Below, one piece after another: positions 11,771 through 22,259 of a stretch of DNA of 64,000 nucleotides. The translations under genes were made by a program, and so were the position numbers. Every line of letters begins with the position of its first letter. Within the stretch, counting starts at the first letter, position 1. The stretch comes from Candidatus Methanomethylicia archaeon. Lineage in GTDB: Archaea > Thermoproteota > Methanomethylicia > CALHIW01. The notes under the pieces were generated by a model. That model was not told where the DNA came from and ran no database searches. It saw nothing but the letters and a program-made list of their open reading frames with translations. The stretch lies in the NCBI GenBank assembly GCA_038845975.1, contig JAWBQF010000011.1, positions 1 to 64,000 on the forward strand. The letters run 5' to 3'.

Positions 11771-13180
11771 ATGGTTTTAAATCTGATTTCAAAAGAGGAT
11801 ATTGAGAAAATACATTTAGCAACTATAAACATCCTTTATAAGGTTGGAGTTAAGTTTAATGATGAGGAGGCTTTAAGAGTTTTTGATGAAAATGGGGCTG
11901 AAGTAGACTATAAGGGTAAAATTGTAAAAATAAATGAATCACTCATTAAGGAAGCCATTATGAAATGTCCTAAAACCATTAAACTATACTCTAGAAATCA
12001 GAGAAACTTTTTTGAGGTAGGGAATGGTAAGACTTATACTCATACTCCTGAAGGAGCACATTTAGTAGAGGATTTGGAAACCGGTGTGGTTAGGCCAGCA
12101 TTATTAGAAGATATGGAGAACTTCATAAAGCTCATCAATAATTTAGATAATATAAACGTATATGCCCCTATAGTAGATCCTCAAGATATACCGCTTAAAG
12201 TAAGGGATCTATATAGAAGTAAGATTTCACTAGAAAATCTAGAGAAGCATTTCATAATATGTAGCCACTCATATGAGGGAATGGTACATAGTGTTAAGAT
12301 GGCAAGCATTATAGTTGGAGGAATAGATGAGCTTGTAAAAAGACCAATAGTAACCGGTGATGGAGGAGCAGTAAGCCCATTAACCTCTTCAAATCATAAT
12401 CTTAAAATTCTTAAGTACTGTGCAAGCATAGGATTACCATGTAGTATAGGATCTATGCCTCAAGCTGGAGCTACAGCTCCTGCAAGCCTAGCTGGAACAA
12501 TAGTACTTCAGAATGCTGAAAACCTATCATGGATAACCCTAGCACAGCTAATTAAGCCTAAACTTCCAGTAATATCCCTTACTAGAGCTTCAATAATGGA
12601 TTTAAGAAATGGAAGACTTGCTGCTGGAGCTCCTGAAGCAGTAATAATGTCTGCTATTTTGACTCAACTATATAAACACTATGAGATTCCTGTAGATTCC
12701 GGATGGTGTGTTTCAGACTCTATACTTCTTGATGTTCAAGTAGGCTACGATAAGATGCCTATGATGCTTATATCCATACTTTCAAATGCTGACTTCATTT
12801 CCGGATTTGGGCTTATAGGTTCGGGCTCTATTGCAAGCTATCTCCAACTAGTAATAGATGATGAAGCTTTCTCAATAGTTTCACGTATAGCTAGAGGAGT
12901 AGAAATAAATGATGAAAGTCTAGCTTTAGACATAATTGGTAAAGTAGGTCCTGAAGGAAGCTTTCTAGGTGAGAAACATACAATAAAAACCATAAAGATG
13001 GGAGAATACTTCTTCCCGAAGGTATTTAGTAGAATAGGAAAGGAAGGAGAAAGTATTACTTGTCGTGCAAGAAGAAAGGTGATGGAACTTCTTTCAAAAA
13101 GTCAACCAGAACCATTACCCATAGATGTTAGGAAGGAACTGAATACCTACTTCAATGAAGCTTTAAAACAGGTGACTTAA
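11771..13180 (+). CDS. Trimethylamine methyltransferase (MttB) superfamily protein, non-pyrrolysine
   Basis: IHxATxxILxxVGV N-terminus, GATAPASLAGTIVLQNAE, GAPE, D.QVG.DK, QLVIDDE; no in-frame TAG. Confidence 0.9.
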   Translation: MVLNLISKEDIEKIHLATINILYKVGVKFNDEEALRVFDENGAEVDYKGKIVKINESLIKEAIMKCPKTIKLYSRNQRNFFEVGNGKTYTHTPEGAHLVEDLETGVVRPALLEDMENFIKLINNLDNINVYAPIVDPQDIPLKVRDLYRSKISLENLEKHFIICSHSYEGMVHSVKMASIIVGGIDELVKRPIVTGDGGAVSPLTSSNHNLKILKYCASIGLPCSIGSMPQAGATAPASLAGTIVLQNAENLSWITLAQLIKPKLPVISLTRASIMDLRNGRLAAGAPEAVIMSAILTQLYKHYEIPVDSGWCVSDSILLDVQVGYDKMPMMLISILSNADFISGFGLIGSGSIASYLQLVIDDEAFSIVSRIARGVEINDESLALDIIGKVGPEGSFLGEKHTIKTIKMGEYFFPKVFSRIGKEGESITCRARRKVMELLSKSQPEPLPIDVRKELNTYFNEALKQVT

Positions 13181-14814
13181 TGATCTACGATATAATTATT
13201 AGGAATGGATATATAATTGACGGAACTGGAAATCCATGGTTTAAATCTGATATAGGAATATCAAACGGTAAAATAGCTAAAATAGGGAAGAATATTACTG
13301 GTAAAGCTGAGAAAAAAATAGATGCTAATAAGCTTTTTATTTCTCCAGGATTCATAGATATACATACCCACTCCGATCTTACCCTACTAATCAATCCTAA
13401 AGCAGACAGCAAAATAAGACAGGGAGTAACAACAGAAGTTATAGGTAACTGTGGTTTATCAGCTGCTCCAGTAAATAAAGAGAATTTAAGACTACATAAG
13501 AAGCTTTTTGAACCATACTCTGAGTATGTATCTTGGAGTTGGAGAACAGTAGAAGAATACTTCAAAGCAATGGAGGATAATGGATTATGCATGAATGTAG
13601 CTGCTCTAGTAGGTCATGGAACTATAAGAACAGCCGTTATGGGTTTCAATGATGATCCGCCTACAGAGGGGGAAATGAAGGAAATGAAGCTTCTAGTTGA
13701 GCAAGCGATGATGGATGGAGTATTTGGGATATCTACTGGACTTGTCTATCCTCCAAACTGCTTCTCAAATACTGAGGAAATAATAGAGCTATGTAGAGTT
13801 GTAGCTAGATATGGGGGAATATATGCTACCCATGTTAGAGGCGAAAGAGAAAGCTTTCTAGAAGCTATTAGAGAAGCTATACTCATAGGGGAGAAGACTA
13901 GAATTTCAGTTCAGCTATCACATAATGCTCCTAAATACGGCGCTTGGAGTATGCTGAGGAAATCCCTAAAAATTATTGAGGAAGCTAGAGTAAATGGTTT
14001 GGATATAACTCTAGATAATGATACTCAGAGGGATTGGCATGGATTCTTAACAAGCATTCTTCCACCTAAAATGCAAATAATGAATATAGATGAGATAATA
14101 GATCTCTTGAGGAATCCAATAAGACGTGAAGAAGTAAAGAGAGAGATTGTTGAAGATAAAATTCCCGGTTTTGGACCTATAGGTTTAGTTAAGCATGGTA
14201 GATGGGATAAAATTATTCTCTTCAAGTCAAAAAGGAAGGATTTTGTAGGTAAAAGCTTTGATGAAATCTCTAAGATGCTTAATAAGGATCCATTTGAGCT
14301 TTATTTTGATGTGTTAATTGAGGAGGAGAAGGATGCTGAGGTTATTTTTAGTGAGTATGTTAGTGAGGAGGATATTGTATCTATACTTAAACATCCATTA
14401 TCCATGATTTCAACAGATTCTATTGCAAGTAGCCCACATGGAGTTTTAGGTAAGCTCTCATCATATTATCCAGCAAACTATGGAGAATACCCGAGAATTC
14501 TGGGGAAATATGTTAGGGATGAAGGGGTTTTGAGGCTTGAGGAAGCAGTTAGAAAGGCAACATCTTTTCCAGCTCAAAAACTTGGAATATTTGATAGAGG
14601 GATTATTAGGGAGGGTATGTGGGCTGATATTGTAGTATTTGATCTAGGTGAAATCAAGGATAATGCTACAGGCAAATTTCCTCACGAATACCCTAATGGA
14701 ATTGAATATGTAATCATAAATGGGGAAATAGTTGTAGAGAATAGAGAATATACCGGTTTACTGCCAGGTAGGGTTTTAAGACGTTTAAACCCTAACCTAC
14801 GTATTAAATATTGA
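13180..14814 (+). CDS. N-acyl-D-amino-acid deacylase (amidohydrolase)
   Basis: PGFIDIHTHSD, QGVTTEVIGNCG, GISTGLVYPP, THVR, RGIIREGMWADIVVFD. Confidence 0.92.
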   Translation: MIYDIIIRNGYIIDGTGNPWFKSDIGISNGKIAKIGKNITGKAEKKIDANKLFISPGFIDIHTHSDLTLLINPKADSKIRQGVTTEVIGNCGLSAAPVNKENLRLHKKLFEPYSEYVSWSWRTVEEYFKAMEDNGLCMNVAALVGHGTIRTAVMGFNDDPPTEGEMKEMKLLVEQAMMDGVFGISTGLVYPPNCFSNTEEIIELCRVVARYGGIYATHVRGERESFLEAIREAILIGEKTRISVQLSHNAPKYGAWSMLRKSLKIIEEARVNGLDITLDNDTQRDWHGFLTSILPPKMQIMNIDEIIDLLRNPIRREEVKREIVEDKIPGFGPIGLVKHGRWDKIILFKSKRKDFVGKSFDEISKMLNKDPFELYFDVLIEEEKDAEVIFSEYVSEEDIVSILKHPLSMISTDSIASSPHGVLGKLSSYYPANYGEYPRILGKYVRDEGVLRLEEAVRKATSFPAQKLGIFDRGIIREGMWADIVVFDLGEIKDNATGKFPHEYPNGIEYVIINGEIVVENREYTGLLPGRVLRRLNPNLRIKY

Positions 14815-14871
14815 TAAATTAAACCTAATCTAATATACTCTATATGATATAGAAATCATAGCCTCAGGCTA

Positions 14872-16155
14872 TTATACAGTTCCTAGAAGCTTAATATAGC
14901 ATCTTGCCAGTATTTTTGTTAATGCATTAAGATCCTCTATGTTTATGTTTTCATCAACTCCATGAGCATTAGACTCCTCCCTACTTACCCCAATACTAAC
15001 TACAGGTATTCCTAAAGCACTTATAAATGATATGTCTGAGGATCCCTGCTCTCCTACAGCAGGTACATTTATGTTTAGTACTTCCCTTATAGAGTCTTGA
15101 ATAATTTTAACCAATGGATGGTCTGGATTAAGAATTCTTGAAGGGGGGTAGTATGCTCTATATTTAAAACCTATATTTACGTTATTATTTCTTGAATACT
15201 CCTCAACAACTTCTCTTATCTCTTTTACTGCTTCCTCCAGATTTTCTTCAGGTATCATTCTCCTATCAATTATTACTGTACATCTATCAGGTATTATGTT
15301 AGATTTTAATCCACCCTCTACTACATTAACATATAGTCCAGGCCTCATGTAATTAACACCATTAATTGGCTTAATAGGTATTTTAGATCTTCTCTCAGAA
15401 ATTCTGTTAGCCAGCTCTTTAATCCTACATATTAAAGATGCTGTATGCTCTATAGCATTTACTCCACGCCAACCCATTCCTGAATGATAAGACTTCCCAT
15501 AAACCGTTATTATAATCTCTATATCTCCAAGATCAGCTATTCCTATTTCATCTATGCTTCCATCTGTTGAAATACAGTAGTTAATCTCTCTGTTTATAAC
15601 TCCTTTATCTATAAGGTATCGAATGCCCGTATAGCCTCCGAGCTCCTCATCAGTTGTAAATGTAGCTATAATACTTCCTCTAAGCTTAATGTTTAAGCTC
15701 TTTATGGCCAGCATAGAGTAGACCATAGCTCCTAAAGCTCCCTTCATATCTGAGGATCCTCTACCATAGATTTTACCATTCTTAACAATACCACTAAATG
15801 GATCTATACTCCATCCCTCAGTAGTTGCTGGTACAACATCAGTATGGCCATTAGTTAAAAGAATAGGATTTCCCCATCCTAAGTAAGCTACAATATTTAC
15901 TCGAGAACCTGAGAAGTCTAATATGCCATCATCTTTCATCTTACTCGTAAGCAAGTTATCAGGTATACTATAGGTTTCAGCTCTTAAACCCCCTTCAATA
16001 AACTTACTGGCAATCGCATTTGCAATTACATCATAGTTTCTTCCAGGAGGAGTTGATGTATTGATTCTAATAAGCTTACAGGTAAAATCAACAAGACTAT
16101 TTGTATGCTTATCAATCCATAAATCAACCATTCTTATTAAATCATTATAATTCAT
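14872..16155 (-). CDS. M20 family metallopeptidase/deacylase (ArgE/DapE-like)
   Basis: NGHTDVVP, GRGSSDMKG, DEE, AHGVDE. Confidence 0.93.
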   Translation of the reverse strand: MNYNDLIRMVDLWIDKHTNSLVDFTCKLIRINTSTPPGRNYDVIANAIASKFIEGGLRAETYSIPDNLLTSKMKDDGILDFSGSRVNIVAYLGWGNPILLTNGHTDVVPATTEGWSIDPFSGIVKNGKIYGRGSSDMKGALGAMVYSMLAIKSLNIKLRGSIIATFTTDEELGGYTGIRYLIDKGVINREINYCISTDGSIDEIGIADLGDIEIIITVYGKSYHSGMGWRGVNAIEHTASLICRIKELANRISERRSKIPIKPINGVNYMRPGLYVNVVEGGLKSNIIPDRCTVIIDRRMIPEENLEEAVKEIREVVEEYSRNNNVNIGFKYRAYYPPSRILNPDHPLVKIIQDSIREVLNINVPAVGEQGSSDISFISALGIPVVSIGVSREESNAHGVDENINIEDLNALTKILARCYIKLLGTV

Positions 16156-16198
16156 AATTTATCCAGACTTGTAAGTATATAAATTATTCTAAACCAAA

Positions 16199-16970
16199 CT
16201 TTGCGGCATACCTTATAGCAACTTAAAGACTTTACTAGTTTAAGCAGGTTAGTATCGAGGCATCCATAGACTGGATTAGAGACTTATGTTTAAATAGAGT
16301 TTAACCATAAATCCTTAAGGAAGGTGGAGAAACCGATAGTTATAGCTACTGATGCTAGTTGTAAGTGTTCATAGATGTAGTGGATGAATTGAACACTTAT
16401 ACGGTAAGAAGAAATACATAAGATACAATTCACAGTTAAGAGTAAGGAGACTATACCCATCATGCTACAACAGATAACGTACACAATTCAAGCCCTACCA
16501 CAGTAATTAGGAGAAAGCTAAGCATAGAAGTATATGTGAAGCCTATTGATAATTTCTCTAAACTTATAGACTCCTAAACAGTGTTAAAGCATTAATTAAG
16601 CCTAGACGTAATATAAGGGTCGATAAGGCCTTAAATAGGCATAAAGCTGCAAGACTGTAAGAGGGTAGGAAGTAAAGCGTGATCTTTAGGCTACGGTAGG
16701 TACTAAATCATTGAAACAGTTTTCAACATTTAAAGCACCTTAGGAGAATACTGCATGGTTAAGGAGCTAATAACAAAAGCATATATTGTGAAAAACCTAT
16801 TTCAATATTATACTTATCAATTACGCTTCCTAACACAACCGATACAAATCATAGATGTTAAATCACTAAATCTATGAATCCATCTATGTATAACCTCATA
16901 GCTACGATTGATAGCTAGAATTTTTACTTGCCTCCTTAAACTACATCCTGAAGATTAATAAAGCTGCAAT
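16199..16970 (+). mobile_element. IS5-family remnant, decayed (ends approximate)
   Basis: Fragments IATDAS, DKA, GYGR..IETVF resemble the element at 33884. Confidence 0.6.
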
Positions 16971-17113
16971 ATATGAAGAATAATCTTATCATAACAAAGG
17001 AGCATGACTACTAACCGTACAAATATAGAGTAAGAGTAACGCTAACTAAATATCTAAGTTAATAAGATGTTTAGTTTATTAAAACTATGTATTTTGCTTA
17101 ATACTACTTATAG

Positions 17114-18004
17114 TTAACGTCTTCTTAATTTTGGATTTAGAACTTCGTCAAGGGCATGCCCAACAAGTGTAAATGCTAGGACAACAAGTGTTATGCATAT
17201 TCCTGGAGGAATAAACCACCAATAAGCTCCTTTCAGAAATCCACCTCTAATACGCGCAAAGTATAGTATCATACCCCAGCTCTTATAGGTAACATCGCTT
17301 AATCCTAGAAAGGATAATCCTGCTTCTGAAACTATGGCACCTGATACATTTAGAATTGCGTTTGCAAAGAGTAGAGGCATAATGTTTGGAAGAATATATG
17401 ATTTAAGTATGTAGAAGTCAGATGCACCAATAACTTTAGCTGACTCAACGAAGACTCTCTCTTTCAGTGATAGTACTTGTGATCTAATTATTCTAGCAGT
17501 ATATGGCCAACTTAATAGTCCAATAACTATTATTACTGTATTTATGCTTGGCCCCATGTATGCTGCAAGCAGAATCATTAATGGGAATGATGGTATAACA
17601 ATAAATATATCTGTAATCCTCATTAGAAGGCTATCTATCCTACTAAAATATCCTGAAAATATTCCAATAGATCCTCCAATAACTGTTGATATTAAGGCAG
17701 CGAGAAATCCAACAGTTAAAGAAATTCTTGCCCCATGAATTAATTCACTGAGAATATCTTGACCAACATCATTAGTTCCAAGAATATGCTCCCAGCTTGG
17801 AGGAGCATAAATATTTAATGAGAATTTATATGGATTATATGGAGAAATAAAATCAGCAAATATAGCTATAAATATGAAGAATAAAAGAATAGTAAGACCT
17901 ACCATACCCATTCTATTAGATCTGTAAATACTCCAAAACGTATTCACCCTCTTTACTGTAATCAGGTATCCTCTAGATTTTAGTCTTTTAATCATAGGCT
18001 TCAT
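17114..18004 (-). CDS. oppC: Peptide ABC permease
   Basis: HILGTNDVGQDI, EAA-like loop, SWG, LNPK. Confidence 0.95.
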   Translation of the reverse strand: MKPMIKRLKSRGYLITVKRVNTFWSIYRSNRMGMVGLTILLFFIFIAIFADFISPYNPYKFSLNIYAPPSWEHILGTNDVGQDILSELIHGARISLTVGFLAALISTVIGGSIGIFSGYFSRIDSLLMRITDIFIVIPSFPLMILLAAYMGPSINTVIIVIGLLSWPYTARIIRSQVLSLKERVFVESAKVIGASDFYILKSYILPNIMPLLFANAILNVSGAIVSEAGLSFLGLSDVTYKSWGMILYFARIRGGFLKGAYWWFIPPGICITLVVLAFTLVGHALDEVLNPKLRRR

Positions 18005-18984
18005 CCATATCTTATTCTAGGATCAAGTACTCCGTAAACTATGTCAGCTATAAAGTTTGCAAGTAGAACACTCAATGCTATTATGAAGAATGCGCCCTGA
18101 ATTACTGGATAATCACGGTCACTAACAGCATTGTAGATTATTGTTCCTACACCAGGCCATGAGAAAACGGTTTCTGTTAATACTGCTCCCGCAACTATAA
18201 GCCCTATCTCTATAGCAGCATAGGATATGGCTGGTAGAAGAGCGTTTCTTGCAGCATGCTTAAACATTATTGTTGACTCCTTCAACCCCTTGGCATAAGC
18301 TGTTAATATATAATCCTCAGTAAGTGTTTCAATAATGGAGCTTCTTACAATCAAGTATTGACCTCCATAAAGTATTAAGGTTAAAGCAATTGTCGGTAAA
18401 ACCATATGTTTAATAACATTAAGTATATATGCAGGTGAAAAAGCGAATGTTATAAACTCAGGATCAAATGCTCCACCAATAGGGAATATACGTATCCTAA
18501 CTGCAAAAAAGAATATGAGGAGCATACCTATCCAAAATACAGGTGTTGAATATGTTGCTAATGCAACAATTAAGCTTGCTATATCAAATCTTCCTCCCCT
18601 TCTCCAGCCAGAGATAATACCTAGAACTGTTCCTATTAAAATTGCTAGAAATGTAGAGAACCCAACTAGAAGTATAGTCCACGGCAACCCATACATTAAC
18701 ACCTCTATTACTGGTGTTGGATAACGTGAAAGCGAAACTCCTAAATCTCCTCTAAGTAGATTACTTAAGTAAATTATGAATTGCTCATGTAGTTGCTTAT
18801 CTAAACCATAGGTTTTAAGTAGAGCTATTCTCTCCTCATAGCTCATTTGAACCCTACTTCCAATCAATCTACTAACAGGGTCTCCAGGCATTAAACGAGG
18901 TAGTAAAAAATTAATTATAATTATTATAAAAAATGTTATTGTTGTATCTATTCCTCTCTTCACTATATATCTTCTTAACCCCAT
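18001..18984 (-). CDS. oppB: Peptide ABC permease
   Basis: PGDP, GDLGVS, DYILTAYAKGL, ETVFSWPG, LDPRIR. Confidence 0.95.
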   Translation of the reverse strand: MGLRRYIVKRGIDTTITFFIIIIINFLLPRLMPGDPVSRLIGSRVQMSYEERIALLKTYGLDKQLHEQFIIYLSNLLRGDLGVSLSRYPTPVIEVLMYGLPWTILLVGFSTFLAILIGTVLGIISGWRRGGRFDIASLIVALATYSTPVFWIGMLLIFFFAVRIRIFPIGGAFDPEFITFAFSPAYILNVIKHMVLPTIALTLILYGGQYLIVRSSIIETLTEDYILTAYAKGLKESTIMFKHAARNALLPAISYAAIEIGLIVAGAVLTETVFSWPGVGTIIYNAVSDRDYPVIQGAFFIIALSVLLANFIADIVYGVLDPRIRYG

Positions 18985-18993
18985 CTGCTACCC

Positions 18994-20811
18994 CTATTTC
19001 CTCCTTCTTATAGCAATAGCTACTGCTAATATAACAATAATAACCACAACAATCCCGATAACCCACATTTCTAATCCTGGAGCTGCTGGAGGAGTTGGTG
19101 TAACTATTGGTGTTGTTATTGGAGTTGACATTGGAATTGTCGGTGTAGTGGGTGTTGTTACTGGTGGCGTAGTTGTTGGAGTTGGCTTAACTACTCTATG
19201 TACTTTTAACCAGGTCCATGGATTCACATCAGTAACTATTCCTGAAGGAAAGGGAACATAGCCTATAAATGTATCTGTTCTATATGGATATGTACAGTAC
19301 TGCATGTATAATGGAAGCATTGGTAATTCATCAGCAAATATTTCCTGCATTTTCCAAATTATTTCTCTTCTTTTATTTAGATCAACTTCAACACGTTGCT
19401 CTCTATAGAGTTGATCCCATAAGCTACTATTATATCCCATACAGTTCATTCCATACTCTACATACTCCCAGCTACACATAGTACTTAGCATATAGTCTGG
19501 ATCTAAATCTCCATCCCCAACCATTACCATGCAGAAATCATGTTTTACATACGCCTTATTGATCATTGTATCGAAGTCTAAAGGTACAACGCTTACTCTT
19601 AATCCAAGCTCTGTCCACCAGAGCTGCATTAGTTGAGCTGCTCTTATTCTAACTGGATCATAGTTTGGAGGGTTTATTTCTAGCTCTATGGGTTTTCCAT
19701 TCTCATCCTCTCTAACACCATCCCCATTTGTATCTATATAGCCTAACTTATCAAGTATCTCCTTAGCTTTTGTTATGTTAAACTTGTATTTTGGTAGATT
19801 TGGATTATACCAGAAATCTAATGCGGATGCTATCAGAGAGTATTGTGGTTCACCATACTTTGTTCCTATTACTGTTTTTACTATTTCTTCACGATCTGTA
19901 GCGTAGGCTAAAGCATGTCTAAACTCCTTTACATCAAGTGGATGCTTCTTAATGTTAAAGTATGTTATGTATACGTAGTAATCTGGAGAATTGTCAATTG
20001 CTATGTTTGGATCTGCTTCAAGATCAGGTATTACAGCTGCTGGTGAATACCATGGTACTACATCTACTTCCCCTGCTCTAAGAGCCATTATCATCGAGTC
20101 AAGATCCTTATATATCTTTATTATAACTCCATCTACGTATGGTTTCTTTCCCCAGTATTTCTCGTTTGTTTTCAACTTAATATACTGTTCAGGGACTCTT
20201 CCTTCAAATACAAACATTCCGCTGCCTATGAACTTATCATTCTTAAACTCTTCAGGTTTCTCAATACCTCCCCATATATGTTTTGGTAATATAGGCACTG
20301 ACCTTAAGGTTCTAGTTAGAAATGTTGCTGACTTCTCACTAAGATAGAATCTAACAGTATATTTATCTATTACTTCAACATGATCTATGAATTCAACTCT
20401 ACTTATAAAGGGAGCAACTTCCTTTTCCTTAATATAGTTGAAGGTAAATGCAACATCTTCAGAGGTAAGGGGAACTCCATCATGCCATGTTGCATTCTTA
20501 ACTATTTCAAGGGTCCAAACCAATCCATCATTTGAAACATTCCATTTCGTTGCTAGCCATGGTGTAACTTTAATACTTGGATCAAATACAACCAATGTAT
20601 CATAACACATTGAAGTAACAATATAGCTCCACCAGCTCTGTTGATACAATACGTTTTGAGTTTCCATATCACTCATGAAGGCAACTCTTAAAACTCCTCC
20701 ATACTCCTCTCTTAAACTCTGAAAAGCAAAGAATTGAGGAAGTCCTAGAACTATAATTAGAAACACTAGCGCAATAAGTTTGCTCCTACTTAACATTTTA
20801 AAGTACATCAT
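18994..20811 (-). CDS. oppA: Peptide ABC substrate-binding protein (family 5), C-terminally anchored
   Basis: WHDGVPLTSEDVAFT, Thr/Pro linker, TM helix, RRRK. Confidence 0.93.
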   Translation of the reverse strand: MMYFKMLSRSKLIALVFLIIVLGLPQFFAFQSLREEYGGVLRVAFMSDMETQNVLYQQSWWSYIVTSMCYDTLVVFDPSIKVTPWLATKWNVSNDGLVWTLEIVKNATWHDGVPLTSEDVAFTFNYIKEKEVAPFISRVEFIDHVEVIDKYTVRFYLSEKSATFLTRTLRSVPILPKHIWGGIEKPEEFKNDKFIGSGMFVFEGRVPEQYIKLKTNEKYWGKKPYVDGVIIKIYKDLDSMIMALRAGEVDVVPWYSPAAVIPDLEADPNIAIDNSPDYYVYITYFNIKKHPLDVKEFRHALAYATDREEIVKTVIGTKYGEPQYSLIASALDFWYNPNLPKYKFNITKAKEILDKLGYIDTNGDGVREDENGKPIELEINPPNYDPVRIRAAQLMQLWWTELGLRVSVVPLDFDTMINKAYVKHDFCMVMVGDGDLDPDYMLSTMCSWEYVEYGMNCMGYNSSLWDQLYREQRVEVDLNKRREIIWKMQEIFADELPMLPLYMQYCTYPYRTDTFIGYVPFPSGIVTDVNPWTWLKVHRVVKPTPTTTPPVTTPTTPTIPMSTPITTPIVTPTPPAAPGLEMWVIGIVVVIIVILAVAIAIRRRK

Positions 20812-20863
20812 AATCCCAATATATTAAGACAAGTAAATATATAAATTTTAATATGGATAGAAT

Positions 20864-21707
20864 GGCTTTGTTAACTTTAAGGTTTGTGGCTTAATATTCA
20901 TTTCTCGTAATCTATATCATTAAATACTTAGGAATGTTTATTAAGCTTTCTCGTACTTTATGTAAACTTGAATTTGCAAATTTCAGAATTAAGCCACAAA
21001 GCAAACTTTAGATTTATTTGTGAGTTCCCTCCCCTATTTATGGTGTTAGTATGTCTAAAGTTATCAAGTTTGTAGGGAGAGAACTCCATTTACTCTAGTT
21101 GTTATGGTGCTTACATATATTTTCGTTCTTCTAGGATGGCTTCAGATATTTTAATTTTTATTGTTGTAGGAGTTATGCATCTATATTATCGTGGTTTATC
21201 TTAATCTTCTATTGATTTTGATAGGAGGGATGTTAGGATCGTTATGGTTGATGATACTATTATTAATGTGGGATCTATGAGGAAGATTGTTTATGTTGCA
21301 TTCGAGCCATTACTGAGAAGGATTCTACATATGGGTTTGCGATGCTGCAACATACTTACATCACTAACATTAGAAAATTAGAGCTATTTACGGTTCTAAT
21401 ATAGCTGTATTAAGTGATGGAGCTCAATACTATAAGCATCATGAGAATATTAAAATTAAAACATGAATTGTATAGTTTAGAGGTTAAGAATCTAATGGAG
21501 AGAATAATACAGCATATAGGATAGAACTGGATTATTCGATAATTATATACCGTGCATGAAGGATAAATGCGGTAATGAGCATTAATGCTTATGAAGTCAG
21601 TAGCATAGCTAAACGAAACATGGATTAACAGGAAATAAAAGCTAAGAATTCATAGAAAACATAATACCAAAATAGAGGTAATAAAACATGCTTAAGTTAA
21701 CAAAGCC
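20864..21707 (+). mobile_element. IS6-family element, decayed, with a nested MITE
   Basis: TIR GGCTTTGTTAACTT/AAGTTAACAAAGCC; remnants VMVDDT, SDGAQYY, NLMER. Confidence 0.8.
20881..21002. mobile_element. 122-bp MITE with the ends of the IS5 element at 33884
   Basis: GGTTTGTGGCTTAAT...ATTAAGCCACAAAGC; flanks TAACTTTAA/AAACTTTAG. Confidence 0.8.
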
Positions 21708-21756
21708 GTAGAATATATAGAAAAGCTTTAGTGGAAGTATTTTTATTTCTTAAACT

Positions 21757-22236
21757 ATGTCTAGGGAGATTGATGAGAAAGATCTTCAAATTTTAAGAAT
21801 TTTACAATCAAACTGTAACTTGCCAGTTAAAACTATTGCTAAAATGGTTAATAGCCCAGTCACAACTGTTCATGCGAAAATTAAAAGACTTGAAAATCTT
21901 GGCTATATAAAATCTTATAAAGCTGTTCTCGATTCTAGAAAATTAGGTAAATCAGTAACGGCTTTCATTTTAGTATCCTTTGCATATACTCCGCCTATAG
22001 CCTCTAGAATGCTTTCTCAGAGGGATGTAGCTAAGGATATTGCAAAGTTTTCTGAAGTTCAGGAGGTACATATAATAACTGGAGATTGGGATCTTCTAAT
22101 TAAGGTTAAGGCTTCAAGTATAGATGAAATAGGTAAGTTTGTAGTTGATAAACTTCGTACAGTACATGGTGTAGAGAAGACGCTAACATGCGTTGTATTC
22201 GATTCCATAAAGGAAGGTTTTGATATTAGCTTTTAG
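21757..22236 (+). CDS. Lrp/AsnC transcriptional regulator
   Basis: IDEKDLQIL..HTH..RLENLGYI; ITGDWD RAM domain. Confidence 0.95.
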   Translation: MSREIDEKDLQILRILQSNCNLPVKTIAKMVNSPVTTVHAKIKRLENLGYIKSYKAVLDSRKLGKSVTAFILVSFAYTPPIASRMLSQRDVAKDIAKFSEVQEVHIITGDWDLLIKVKASSIDEIGKFVVDKLRTVHGVEKTLTCVVFDSIKEGFDISF

Positions 22237-22259
22237 ATTAGGTTAATAATATTAACCTT

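Noticed and set aside
11771-13180. Pyrrolysine recoding in MttB (also considered for Thg1)
   Set aside because: Both ORFs are full length without an internal TAG, and no pyl genes are in the window
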